From Klebsormidium nitens (Eukaryota > Plantae > Klebsormidiophyceae), in assembly GCA_000708835.1 (NCBI GenBank), contig DF236995.1, positions 1 to 64,000 on the forward strand: DNA of 64,000 bases. The letters are read 5' to 3'. The notes below the pieces were generated by a model. It was not told the DNA's origin and did no database searches. It saw nothing but the letters and a program-made list of their open reading frames with translations. Position numbers and translations under genes: made by a program. This document shows, one piece after another, positions 37,368 through 50,055 of the stretch. Every line of letters begins with the position of its first letter. Positions within the stretch are counted from its first letter, which is position 1.

Positions 37368-40300
37368 TCAAAATGCAATCTGCTCTAACGCTGGCGTCGT
37401 AATTCCGCGGCACGTCTCCTTATGTCCTGCCCTCCAAGCCAGTTTTTGACACTGGGCCCCGCAATATCTGGCCTGCACGTCGGAAAAAAGGGCGATTGGT
37501 ATCACACCAGAACATTCTTGGTTTTGTGTGTAGACTGCTGCTGACTCAGGCAAACGGAGATCGAGGCAATCTCATAGCTATATGGCAGAATACGCGATCA
37601 TCGATGTGGGCGACTCTAAATTTCTTGTTTTGGACCCGTAAAGAATCACGTGGTGCGCTATGCAAGTAAAAACTCCGTCCTGCGTCAGACATGCCGGAGA
37701 ATGCGACGACGTTGCGCTTCTACATACAAGCGCCAACATAAGAAGTTCCGGCTCTGAATAGGAGAGGCTTTCCAGCCAGCAAACCAACGCATAATACAAG
37801 AGGGACCTTCCAGGGACCAGTACGGCCATGCCGACCCTCCTGCTGTTGTTGTGAGCCGCTTCGATTGAACACAGAGCCAAGCCAGAAGGCAGACAGAAAT
37901 GCTCGAGACTAATGCACAGTCCGTCAGTCCGCTTGACCAGACTCCTGAGCTGGAGACTCGAAACTCGGCCGTGCAGATTGCCACGCTTAGTCCCGAAACG
38001 GCCCAGGAGCTGAGATCAGCACACACTGTGCTTACTACCAGGTAAACGCAGGCAGTACGACATGACCTTTTCAGTCTCGCATCCAACATGCTAACAGAGT
38101 ACGGTAAGTAGAAAGCGACGAAGACAGTGTTCACATGACAAAAGCGTAAACGAGACGTCTTCCGGGGAGGCTCTCAGTGGACCAATGAATCAGAACTGTC
38201 GATTCCCGTACCTTGTTGCACTTGCTGCACTTCTTGAGCTTCGCCCCGTCTTTTGCCGGCTCTTGGCAGTGCTCGCAGACCCTTGCCGGCTTGTTCCTCG
38301 TTTCTAGCGGATTCGCCTCCTCAGTCGGTGGCGTTCCGTTTCCGGACGTCGAAGCTCCGGAACCGCTCGCTCCGGACTTCTTCTTTGGAGGTCTCGTCGG
38401 GCTGGATTGGCGAGCGTCTGCCAAGAATCAGGGCAAGACCAAGATGAATTATAATGGGCGTCGGGGTTGCCTGACGTGAGCCGCTATCTTGGACGACGTC
38501 ATAGATTGGACGGAAAGTTCTTGATGGCTTCCGCACCGGTCAATCGTCTTTGTCCGTGCATGGCCTACGCCCATGTTGATAAGGATCGGAGGCTTTTCGG
38601 CGCTCATAACATTCTTTCGCAAAACACCTCTGCTAGTAATAAGATTTTTCAATCAGCTCTAAGGTCAGAGTTTGAGTTAAGACTCTGCACGAGGAGGGCC
38701 TCTGCTGAAATCGTCTGCTTGTGGACACTGAAAGACCGTGATTACCCCCCAGTCTGAGGATTTTACTTGATCGGAAAGTATCCAATGATCGGGCGACCAT
38801 TAGGCAGGTCAGGCAAGACACTCAAAGTTGTTTAGAAAGGGCTCTCAAACACCGTAAACCGCAATCGGCCTGCGTGGATAGGCCGGTCGAGACCCCCAGC
38901 TTGAAAAGCTCTATCCGAGGCTTCAATTTGACGAAATGTAAGAGCTTTTTGAATATCCGAGGCTATTGTTCGACAAAATGTAAGAGCTTTCTGATGGTTC
39001 CTTCACTGCTCCCAGACTCCACCTTCATTTGCCGGAACCGCACACCATAGGAGAAAGCCAACGCAAGACTGCTACAGGCTAGTTCCTTTCTAGTCAATGC
39101 TGAAAACGAGTTTGGCAACCTACCCTCCAGCTCTTTGCACGCCTTTTGGTACTCCGCCAGGTGTTTCCTGACAGCTGCCGCCGTCACTTTCTGCATCCGG
39201 ACCAAGGCGTTCACAGCCTCGTCGAATGCTGCTCTGCGCCGCCCCACCAACACCTCTTTCGCGACTGCATCAGGGTCCGTCAAACACTCTGCAGACATGC
39301 GTCCAACCATCAGGATGAGGCGCTGAGAAGCATAGAACAACAAGTGTTCGACAGTCGACAGCTTCAAGAAACAAGTTGCAAAAGAAAAGCTGTGGAGCGA
39401 ATTGACGAATAGATTACGTGGAGAATGTATCTCGTTTCTGTCCCTTACATTCACTTCCGCTCCGCTGCATTTGAGCAGAATTGGCAGACAGGTCAACAAT
39501 CTTGTCTTGGAGAGAATTGTGCTTGAAACGGTAGCAAAACATCTAGTGTGCATCTTTTGATAGGAAGGAGGTCCCCGTAAAAGAGAGGGGGCCCGACCAT
39601 AAATGGTCTAAGGTCCAACGTGTTCCTGCAATACGGTCACTATCTATCAGGTTTGCTTGTCATGCTGTTTCCCAAGTTCGAAGAACTCATGGCAATCGAA
39701 TATACCTGCCGTGATGATCCCTGGCTTACAATCTGTCCTGACTCGCCTTATCGTAAGCTCCCACCTTCTTGTACAAAACTTCTGTCACGGACTGTTTACA
39801 GCCTTCTCGTTTCTGCCGTCAGAGCATGTCATGCAATCCAGGGATGGCCGCCTCGCATAAGGCCAATCGGATCGAGTCCTCTGATCGGAGCCAGACAAAG
39901 CAACGCAAAAGAGAACGGTGCCGGCGGATCTTTTGTAGACAGCGAACAGCGGAAAGAGTCTCGCAATTGGCGACCATCTCCAAAATCAGAACGACTTTTG
40001 AAAAGTTGGAGAGCAACTGACCCGTGTCTCGCAACCACGTCTCCACCTTCTCCCTCTGCTTCGGGATGATCTTGTGAGCATACTCTTGATCGTTCGTCAT
40101 CTCAGCACACGCCTTTGCGGTGTTGATCCGCTGTCGGTTTGAGGCCGGAAGCTTCAAGGCGGCAAGCCACTCTAAGTAGCCTCCCGCGGCGAACAGGTCT
40201 ATAACATCCATTTGACACGCCTGCGGAAACGAGCGATTGAATGAACGACAGCGCACAAAAGCAGCGAAGTCAGAATGGCCCGAGAAGGCAGTTAAGAATG

Positions 40301-43300
40301 ATCCGACTCGGAGTAGACAGCCTTGACCACACTCCGGTGCTGGTTTGTGCAGATACAGAGAGGCACAGGCACCCCTGCATCGAACGAGAACTACACTCGG
40401 TTCCTGTGACAAATCAAGTGGCCTTCTCCAAAGCGGTTCACTTCGTGATCGCCTGACGTAAAGTTGGGACCACCACCGGAAATTCCATATCTGGAACATA
40501 CAAAAAGCCGCTGGGATTCTTTTTCAATCACGAAAGAGACGCACAACGATCCGAAAAGCCTCTCTTCAATCTGGATAAACAAGTGACGCGTGTCGTTGAA
40601 AATCCGTTTCTGGTTCAAAAAAGAGTTGTGCTTTATGAAGGCTGAACGAATCCAGAAACAAAAGCCAGTCGATCGAACGCCTCACCTGTGCTTACGGTCT
40701 CCACTGTGATCGAAGCCAACACGCCGGCTTGCATCGACCAAGTTTTCGAGAGAAAGGGTCGACAAAAGCAAATCGGGTCCTCACCTTCATCACGATGTTG
40801 TCTGCATCTGCGGCTTGCAACCGCATCAGCTCGCAGAAGAGCGATCCATTGCTCCAGGCCCTAGTACCCTGGAGATCCTCGTCATCACTCCGCGTGTTTT
40901 CGGCTAGACACCTCGCCAGGCCGAAGTTGTCGAAGGCAAGCGCGGCTGCGCAAGCCAGCGCCTGCGGGTCAAGGATCGATCTCGTAAGCTCCGGTTATTA
41001 ACCCATGCTAAAGCAGGACTCTTAACCGAGCCTTTACAGGTTTGTATCGTGCGTCATTCACGCTCTGTACCGTTCAACCAGACATGAGAGAATCAGTAAC
41101 ATTCGAGAAACTTGCTGTTGAGAGAGGAAGATGCGCAGCGATCGGAGAAGTCCTCTTGAGCGACAAGATCAGCCAACTGTTGTACCAAGACCTTTCTTGG
41201 GTCCTGAAGGTCATATGCGTCCTAGATCTCTGTAGCAACTTATCAGTCTCATGATGCCTTTCTTGAAAGTAAGAAACAGGTGGACGCTTTGGAATAGTGA
41301 AGACCTAGCGCCACCATTCAAGCGGTTCTTCCGCAATGTGCCTGATGCACGCACAACTCATGAAGTACGCTTTCAGGGTGATTTTTTGGTCGGGATCGAA
41401 ACTTTCTGTGACTCAAATTTTTGAACCCCAGCGCTCCTGCTGTCTTGATTGGATGAGAGGTCAGCATTACAATAGCTGATTCTCCAGGAGGTAAGTGTAA
41501 GCTTCTCATCACGAGTGGTCAGGTTGAAGGCAGACCTTTTGATTCCGCTTGCGCCCTGAGTCAGACTCAACAATTGCCAAGAAAGAAAGGAGATACGGAC
41601 GGGCCTCAGTCCGATAATGCCACTTCATACTACACATGTAAGGAAAACACTAGTGGGCCAACTGTGCTGACCTGTTCGTCGTGCATTTGCCCTCCCCAGG
41701 GCTCGCACTGTTCCAGGATGGGAACCAGTCTTTCTATGACGTCGCCTTCCTTTCCCCGCGTACTGTTGGCGACGGTTTCCAGGAGGATGTCCCAAACCCA
41801 GGAGCACTCAAAGGAGTAGTCCCATGCTGAGAACATCTCTTGAGCGTAACCGGAGACATGCTCCACTGCAAATCAAGATAAACCTTTTCAGAATGTATGA
41901 GCATTATTCAAAAAGGATTTCTCGAAGGGCCCCGCAGTCCCAAGATGAAGCGAGCACCATCTTACAACTTGTCAGCAAGAAAAGATAGTAGCGCCCGACA
42001 AACAAAAGAGTAGCCCATGTTGCAAACACTCTGTCAACTAGCCCAGAGATATGACCTCACTGCAAATCAAGCAAAGGTCCCTCTGAGTACGTATCTGCAG
42101 TTATTTTCAAAAGGGCCGGCAGTCGTTGGAAAGATGGCGCAAGCGTCGTCTTGCAGATTTGCGCAAGCAAGCATGAAGGCGCCCACGCACTCCAAGGGTG
42201 ATTCGTGCAAATAGCCCGAGAAGCATAATCTCACTTCCTAGGGTCTGCATTTTTGGGGAACCTAGTCTTGTTGAGGTTGACCACGATGTTCAGAAAAGGC
42301 AGAACCGAAACCAGTGGCGGGAGCTTCTTGCTCTCATTGGCAGACACATAAGATCTACATAAAGCTTTTGATAGGTTCCACAATCCAGTCTGTATGGACT
42401 GATAGAGGGCACAAACGTTCGGGGCCCCTTCAGCCATGCCCAATCTCCTGAGACGAGGCCTAGCGAGACATTATAAAATGCACAGTAAGATCAAAGTTTT
42501 CTGAATCCATGTCTGCAAAACACAACCTTACCGCCGTCGCTGCTTCCTAGGAGTTTGGCGAGCCGCTCTAGTTGCTCATTGGAGCAGAGCGGCAGATACG
42601 GCGTCAGTGCTTTAGCGGCGTGCTGACATGTGTATGCAAGGTCATCAAACTCATCTCGCTCCTCATAAACCCTCGCAAGGTCAGGCCCGCAGCAGGCAAC
42701 CTCACCAGCTCATCCAACACCGCTTTCAACTTCTTCGCCGCCTCTAGTTCGCTGGGGCAGAGTGTCCCCCACATTCTCTTGTTGTCTTGTGGAGAATCTT
42801 GGCTCGCACTCGCTGCGTGTTTCAAAAAGTCGCTCCTCAGGTCCTTCGCTGCTCTGCCTGACAATTGGAACTCAAAGGGGAGCTCGTCAATCTCCAGAAC
42901 CTCCTTGTACTCTCCCACCAGTGCCTCCCTGTATCTGATTTTGGCCATGCCAGCCTCCACTGTTAGCTGCTTCCTCTCCCCGTCCCCCAGTTTCTTAAAA
43001 TTCTCTTCCAAATTCCCCGGCGGCCTCAACACTGTGGCTCCCATGCAACGCTCGTCCTTTTCCTCCAAGAATTCCATGTACGGGTCGTGCCCCGAGAGGT
43101 CGCTGTCAAAATCATCGCCCCTCCGGTCAAGCTCCCCTTTCGCGACCACCGACCAGCCCTTAAACTTCTGCAAGAGCTCCCGCCGAAGCTTGACGACACT
43201 GATCTTCTTGGCCATTGCTGCAATGCCAACACTAGCTGGACTGCCTTCAGGGACTGGCGTTCGATTCCTACAACAGAGCTGTGCGCCCAGAACCCCAATG

Positions 43301-43521
43301 GCAAGTGACAACCTTTCATGAGCCTGAGCTGGCGCCAAACATGCAGCCAGAATTGTGCATTCCGGTTTTCAGAGTAAAAGGTCGGGCGGAAGCCATTTTA
43401 CCGGAATCCGTTCGCTCAGAGCTTCCGAGCAGGCTGTCGTGACCGTCGCGCGTGCGAGCGCGTCGGACGGGATTCTGATCCCGCCGTGGTGGCTCCCAGT
43501 GTTCGATAGGGATATCTCCAT
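37368..43521 (-). CDS. Large uncharacterised protein with a C-terminal MYND-type zinc finger; internal exon structure only partly resolved
   Basis: The finger CEHC...CSKCNK|ARYCGAQCQKLAWRAGHKETC is split by a phase-0 intron (38211-37473). Supported exons include 43521-43402, 43323-about 42610, about 41860-41640, about 40975-40785, about 40220-40020, 39322-39124, 38417-38212 and 37472-37368. Confidence 0.62.
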
Positions 43522-44103
43522 GATATTTCAGACACTTGCAGACAAGTAGCGCAGATGATCCGATCGCCTTGAATCAGGAGGCATTATGCTCCGACCGCGG
43601 GCCGTGAATAGCACTGATCAATGGTGCAGCAATTGGCAGCACATGATTCGATAGCGGTTTAACTTTAAGCTACCCAGGTCTTGAGATGATGCACAACATC
43701 CGACTTTTGAGGTATGCCGTGGCGGTCCAATTCACGCCTATCATTACAACCTCGATCCTGATTAGTTCGAGATAGAAGACCGGCCGGTCATGTACGTGCA
43801 TTGCATCCGCCAACCTGGCAGCAACGGCATGAATCTTGGCTTAGCTCGTGCGGGGATCGGACTCTTGAGACGAAAATTTCAAGCGAGTCTTTACCTCATC
43901 ACCTCACCACCTCCTCACCTCAACAGCTTTTCATGAACAAAGTACGTCTTCAAACCGACGTTGTACTTGGTACCGGCTGCTCAAACCTTACCACGTCTCT
44001 CAAATTCAATATGCGAGAGAGACGTCATTGACGTTTGGGGGGAATCAAAAATGATACCGCATCATGCTCCAAGAAGCGGTCATGGCCCGCTTTGATGTGT
44101 CCG

Positions 44104-45385
44104 TTAATCGCCCGTGTCAGGCTTGAGCCACTTATTGCCCCCCTTTTCAGAGGCAACCCACTTGGAACCGAAACCAAAGCCGTATCCATAGCCCACCCCG
44201 ACCTGCAAAAACGGCCAGGTACAGGTCAATAAGCGCACCCTGCTGAAAACACGAAGGCCCCACGAAGGCAGCAACGAAAGTCGATGGAGATGGGCTGACG
44301 AGCAGTGAAAACTGCTTATCAGCGTACAAAAATGCAGTAGGAAGGATAAGAGCGATACATCTGCGAGAACATGTAAGCAGACATGGTCCTTTACACCCAC
44401 CACCTCCGGCCAAGCCAAACATCAGACCAGGGCGGAAATTGAAAGATCCTCAACCGAGAAACTGGTCTTTCAGAGAGGATGAAAGCCTGAATGCGCACTT
44501 CCGGCCAAATTTCACCCTGGAAATTGCCTGTTCCTGTTTAAACGGAACAGTCACTACGCTGGGATTATAGCTAAGGGGCCTCGCAAAAGATTGGTCGCAG
44601 GTCCATGCTTTTCCGCAGTCCGTCCTGTCAGGCTCAGCGCATGGCTGCGGCCATTGAATACTTCAGAGGCATACAAGCAGCTTCGTGAGCAGCGAAGTGT
44701 CTTACAAAGTTGCTTTTTAACGACAACTGAGAACCACCACAGATTAAGGCAATCTTTGGTGGTTACGAGGAACTCTCGTGATTGGAAGGGCAGCTCGGAT
44801 TGCCAAACCAAGCCTCTACGACAAGCTAAAACCCGCTCAACTCGAAATGCATCTGGAATGGAGCCGGAAAGTAACGAACGCCTTTGCAGAAAACAACCTC
44901 ATTCGGACTGAGTATTCTAGAACCTTGCGCAAGTAACTTGAGCGTGGAAAAAGAGATTGCACCGTGAAAGGCCTATAAAGCAGAGCGCGGTTCGTTGTTT
45001 CCAGGACCAAAGGCTGCTCACTTCTAAGCAACCGAAGTTTCAGGATGACATGGAAGAATATCACTGAAATGAAACCACTAGCTAATGACATATTCAGGGA
45101 GCGGGAGTCAGGGAGAAAGTCAGGCATACTCACTCCACACCCCACACCAACCCCCATCACGAACCGGAGCGAATTTCCGGAGCCTATCCCCAGCCCCCAA
45201 CCCCCTGTAATCCCAGCCCCAATGCCTACGCCGCAACCCATTCCGGCAGCCCCCCCAGGACCTAACACCTTCTTCCCCCGCTTTCCTTCTATTGCAACGA
45301 CTGGGGGATCCTTCAAGAACTGGCCCCATTGCTTCCCTACTCGGTCGATGCCCTCGCGAACGCGCTCCCCGGTTGGTCGGATCAC
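44104..45385 (-). CDS. Small glycine-rich membrane protein of the plant GxGxGCGxGxG type; start codon unresolved
   Basis: Exons about 45385-45134 and 44202-44104 join in phase 0 to give KVLGPGGAAGMGCGVGIGAGITGGWGLG...GVGVGCG|VGVGYGYGFGFG. This resembles conserved plant Gly-rich proteins of unknown function. Confidence 0.7.
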
Positions 45386-47973
45386 TGCAGGGGCAAAAGA
45401 GGGTGCTTGGGATCTTAAGAGTCATAAGAAACGAATCAATGGACGCCCAGGGTGAGAGTCACATCCTCATGTCGAGCCTTTGAAGGTTCAGAAGTCAGCC
45501 GACTTTTACGGAAAATCATGTAAGAATAAAGTATGGTCAACCTTCTAAAATCACGTGGTTGTACTCCGTCGCGACAGACGGGACAGTCTGGTTGATTAAA
45601 GGGTAAACTACTCGACTTGAAACGTTCTTTAGGGTGTGAACCTTGAGGTAATTCCCAACCATATCACCGGTGCAAGTGACTTGAGACACTGTCACCTTGT
45701 AACAGCTTTTCATGTTACTCTGCCCTCATCTCGTCTTGTGCCCCAGTTTGTCAGCTCCAAGACTCCAACTTCAATCTACAAGGGCAAGCCTCCAGAAGTG
45801 GGTGCCTTTACATAGACGGCACCGATTGCAACCTGGAAACTAAACGTGCCTGAACCTCATGGGACTTCAGTACAGGGCAATGCCACAAGGTCCCAGCTTG
45901 GCTTTTAAATTTGATGCAGAAAGATTCTGGGCTTGACCGAATGTGGTTGGGACTCAGCTTTCTTCACAGCAACGGAATTTGCGTCATATAAAGTGTTTGC
46001 CAGGGGACAGCGCTTGAAATACATTCTGCCTTTCTGACATGACGTCGAAAACCAAGATTTTGAACTGCTTCACTTTGTTCACCAGCCAGCAGAAAGGCAT
46101 TCCAATTGAGCTGATTGCACCAGCTGCCTCGCAACCACCATGTAGTAAAACTTCCTAGGAAGCACCACCACCAGACAGCTCAATGTGTCCTATTCACTTC
46201 ACGGAAACTGACCCGCCAACTGCATGCAAGCACCTAGCCACAGCAACTCAAGCTGTGCATCAGCTCACTTTCAGGGACTCTCTCTCGGAAACTCTTGGAA
46301 TGCTGATTCGCCGCCTCCAAGACTTCGTCATCCTCGTCTTCGACCCAATTGGCTGCAGGAATGACACCGCCCCTCTTTGAGAAATTTTGCTCGGACAGCC
46401 TGGTCTCAGCTGGCAAAAACAGCTGCCTTGTGACCCCCGGTGAATCCGTGAAGGCAGAGGGGTAATCCTGGATAGAAGCCATTGCGGTGCAGTAAATTCA
46501 GTGTTTCTATAAACGTGCTGAGAGAAGAACGCCCGACTCTCTTTCTCCTGCCATTTGCACTCTGGCAGTCCGAACTGACAGGTGGCAGTGGGCACCCGGC
46601 CTGATTCCTGACAAACTTCAAAGTGCAAAGTTCAAACTGCCACCTCAGCTTCAGGAGCCTGGTATCGAAAATGGCCACCGTCGATCTGGTTGGATCGGGA
46701 TATCACCTAGCTTCCATCCAAAGAATCTGAAAAGAATCCTTAATATTACAAGATACAGCGACTCAGGAGTCAGTAGTAAGTACACAGGTCCAGCTAGGCC
46801 GGCCGGGCCAGGGCCCTGGCAGGCTAGCTAGGCCCAGTGGGCCCTATGCTATAGTATCCATGGTCTATAAGGGTCCGTTCTCATGACATTTGAACGAGGC
46901 CAGTGGACATTTATGCGTTTCATGTGGCTCGATTTGCGCTAGAGCACACGACTTGGAGTAGAGGCTAAGAGGATCCGTTTACTGCCTAAAGCTAGCTGAG
47001 CAAATACCTACGCTGCCCCGTGTGCCCCGGCGTAGCCTGGGGGCCCACTATGGTTGGGAGCCACCTTAGAGGTTATATGGTGGGGACTTTCCAAAGCTCG
47101 CGGGCCCGAGCAGCCATAGTATCATGCTGGCCATGCACGATATATATCTTACAGACATGCAGCAACGCATAAGCCTGACTTCCGCACGATTCTAGCTGGG
47201 CTAGCCGCCGACCTAGCACAACACAATGTACCACGTGGCGGGGCCGTTGGACGAATTACAACATTTCCAAGGGTTAAGCATAATCCAATGGAGATGAGAC
47301 TAATATGGCACTCACACCGCTTAAGAAATATGAAAGTACGTTAGGACCATAGTGGTCCAAGATTTCAAGTGCTCGATGCAGGCCATACATGAAACACCTT
47401 GGGGTTTTTATGCGGAAGAGTAGCATGCTTCAGTGCCGCGCGCATGTATCTTAACAAGGGATTCAATCAATCTCTCCTGACTCTTTTGAGAATGCAGCAT
47501 GATAAAGACAGTCGCTTAGGCCAACAAGCTGGGATTTATGAAAGACACGAACACGATGCATGCCAACGCTTCAAATACTTGCGAGGGTCCATGGAAGATT
47601 GCGAAGAAGCACAAACCTGAGTGGTGCCAAAGGCCATGACAAAGGACCCGACAATCTGATGTTTGCTTTCAAGCAATGCTTTTATCGAGAAATCACCATC
47701 TATTGATTCGTCATATAGGCGCCTAGCAAGTCTCAATCAATTGACGGTTTAGCATACACGCATAATATTCGGCACGATGAGAATCCGTTCAGACATACGC
47801 CGGACAACCCTCGATTCTGCATAGAACTTGGAGGTGTGGCAAAAAGCACGGAGCACAAACCGCTAGAGATTGCATTGTTGCGACCTTGAATTCTCGTGCC
47901 AGACACTCTCTTCGCTCAACAGAGTGTCGAAAGTAAATGTCCTCAACACGTAATCACCAACTCACCTAGAGCC

Positions 47974-50055
47974 TTATGCATTAGCTGAAGCGTAATGCTT
48001 TTGGAGTTCTTCTCGCAGCTTGTCAACCTTCGCTCCAGTATGAGAGTGGATGAGCTCTTCGTTGCGATAGAATCTGAAGCTCGGGACGGACCTCACCTTC
48101 CAATCCCGCATAAGAGCCTGCAATATACCACCAATAACAAGAGCTTGAGGGGACTGCATGCAAGAGAACGCTTTGAGCAGAGTCTACAAACATGACAGAC
48201 AACATCGGTCTGACTTCCGAAGCACCTTCACCAGTGCCTTTTCAGCAAGTTGACAACCATGACGGCACAAGCAAACTTCAAGTGGGCACTCCAAAATAGA
48301 GGATTTGCTCCTTCTTCAGTCAGACGCAGCTTCGAAGCTTGAAAACAAGTTTCGCTGGCCCTGAAGGATCGAGGGGCAAGGAAGCTTGAGGTGTGCATCT
48401 GGATAGCAGTGAGGGGTCAAGATGATGTACAAACTTCGTACCCGGGTTCCAGCGTCATGATCGCCCTGGATCTTCAAGAAGACCGCGTCAGTGAACTCCT
48501 CGCTCATCTCTACGAATTTCGGGCTGCATCAAGGAATGAATGACGCAGTAAGGAAAAGCCTCACCCTTCATGCATCGAACAAAAAGTCGAAGCAGATGGC
48601 AATCTGGAGAAACTGCCTGCTCTTCATACTTCAAAATGATGCAGCGAGCAGATAGGCAAGTGAACACGGTTTGAAAGGGTCAATATGGAGAAGAAATGGA
48701 ACCTTTGCAGAAACACTCGGACTCCATTGCTACTTCCGGGAAAAGGGAACGACACAGTATAATGTTGAAGGGGGACAAGGCTATTGTAACGGGGACTCAC
48801 TATATCATTTTGCAGGGCCCGCAGGTTTTGGTGGAGATATCCACAACCACCTGTCAGTATCACGTACCCACACCGTCAGCGAGCTGTGACGAATTGTTTC
48901 AACAGATTTTCTGTTAGAATCAACGGCGGATGCTCTGACATTTTACCCTCCAAGATGGAATTTGAACCAGGCACCAATCAGTAGACAATCTAATCATGAG
49001 TATCGATCCTTGCAATTTTGGCCAGCTCTGGCAGCTTCATATGCAGCATTACGTGCTTTCGAATTGGTCCAAATTGGGGAGTGCTTGATCCAAGGCAGTG
49101 CTGGGGTGGCAGTGTACATCAATTGCAGGCGCCGCGATCGGTGCTGCTCTACTAACGTACTCACCAATTTGTCCCCAGCATCGTGCAGATGCTTCCTGAA
49201 CGTTTCCTCTACAAAGACGTAAACAAAGGATCAACGCGCAGTCTAATCAGTCAGGATAATCTACTGTAGACACCACAGTCCAATCACAAGCAGGCAGTCC
49301 TCAGAGAGTTGTTCAATGACGGCAAGCACGTTCACCTGCGCATTCCGAAATTGAGCATGGACCATCAAACAATCTAAATGGTCGTAAATCGTCGTGAAGT
49401 GTGACTCGCTGGACGATATGGAGTTCAAGTTTGCAAGGGTTTACGTGTTAAGGCCAAACCAGAGGCAATGGGCAACAACCAATGGCACGCGCATCCATTC
49501 TTGCATTAAAGGACCAGATTCTGTTCCAACCCACATTACTTCAGTTTCCAGAATTGCATCTGCCCTTTGTGGAAGCATAAGATTGTGTTTAATTTATAAG
49601 AACTAAAGCAAAAGGTCCACGCTTCTTGATGAAAACACTTCAAAATCTTCTAGACACCATCAACCAGCTTGGTGGAACGCCAAGGGTACAACCGGAATGC
49701 AGAGAATCACAAGCCGTGCTCTTCAATGCTTGTGTAGGTACTCACCATCAAAAAACTCAACCACGTTGCCGTCACTGTCGTCTTCACCCCCCAGCCCGCC
49801 AGCAGCACACACAGTCTGCCTAGTCTTAGAAATTTGTGATGCATGTCGGGACGCAACACTCCGGAGTGTTGTATGTGTGGCCAACTGTTGTTGCGGCATA
49901 ATCCTCGATTGCTTGTGCCGAGCCTCCACATTGAGGCACATTGGCTGCACACACGAGCATGCATCCCTGCTCAACTGCCTCCCCTCTAGAGCTTGCCCAT
50001 TGAAGAGTGGGACTCCCGCCCTCAAACTAATTGACGTGGCCGCCATGGACGCCAT
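47974..50055 (-). CDS. Plastid-targeted single-domain thioredoxin (Trx-f/CDSP32-like) with a TCGPC active site; 5 exons
   Basis: Exons 50055-49746, 49208-49165, 48850-48801, 48523-48442 and 48117-47974 are phase-compatible. An Ala/Ser/Arg-rich transit-like N-terminus precedes VVVDISTKTCGPCKMIYPKF, AVFLKI and VRSVPSFRFYRN...HTGAK. Confidence 0.92.

Noticed and set aside
46234-46678. Minus-strand ORFs with an acidic patch (WVEDEDDEVLE) as a small gene
   Set aside because: I could not build a consistent spliced model, and there is no family motif.
46795-46835. Hairpin CCAGGGCCCTGG followed by CTAG as a Helitron 3' end
   Set aside because: The hairpin is short, such GC palindromes are common in these spacers, and no 5' end or second copy was found.
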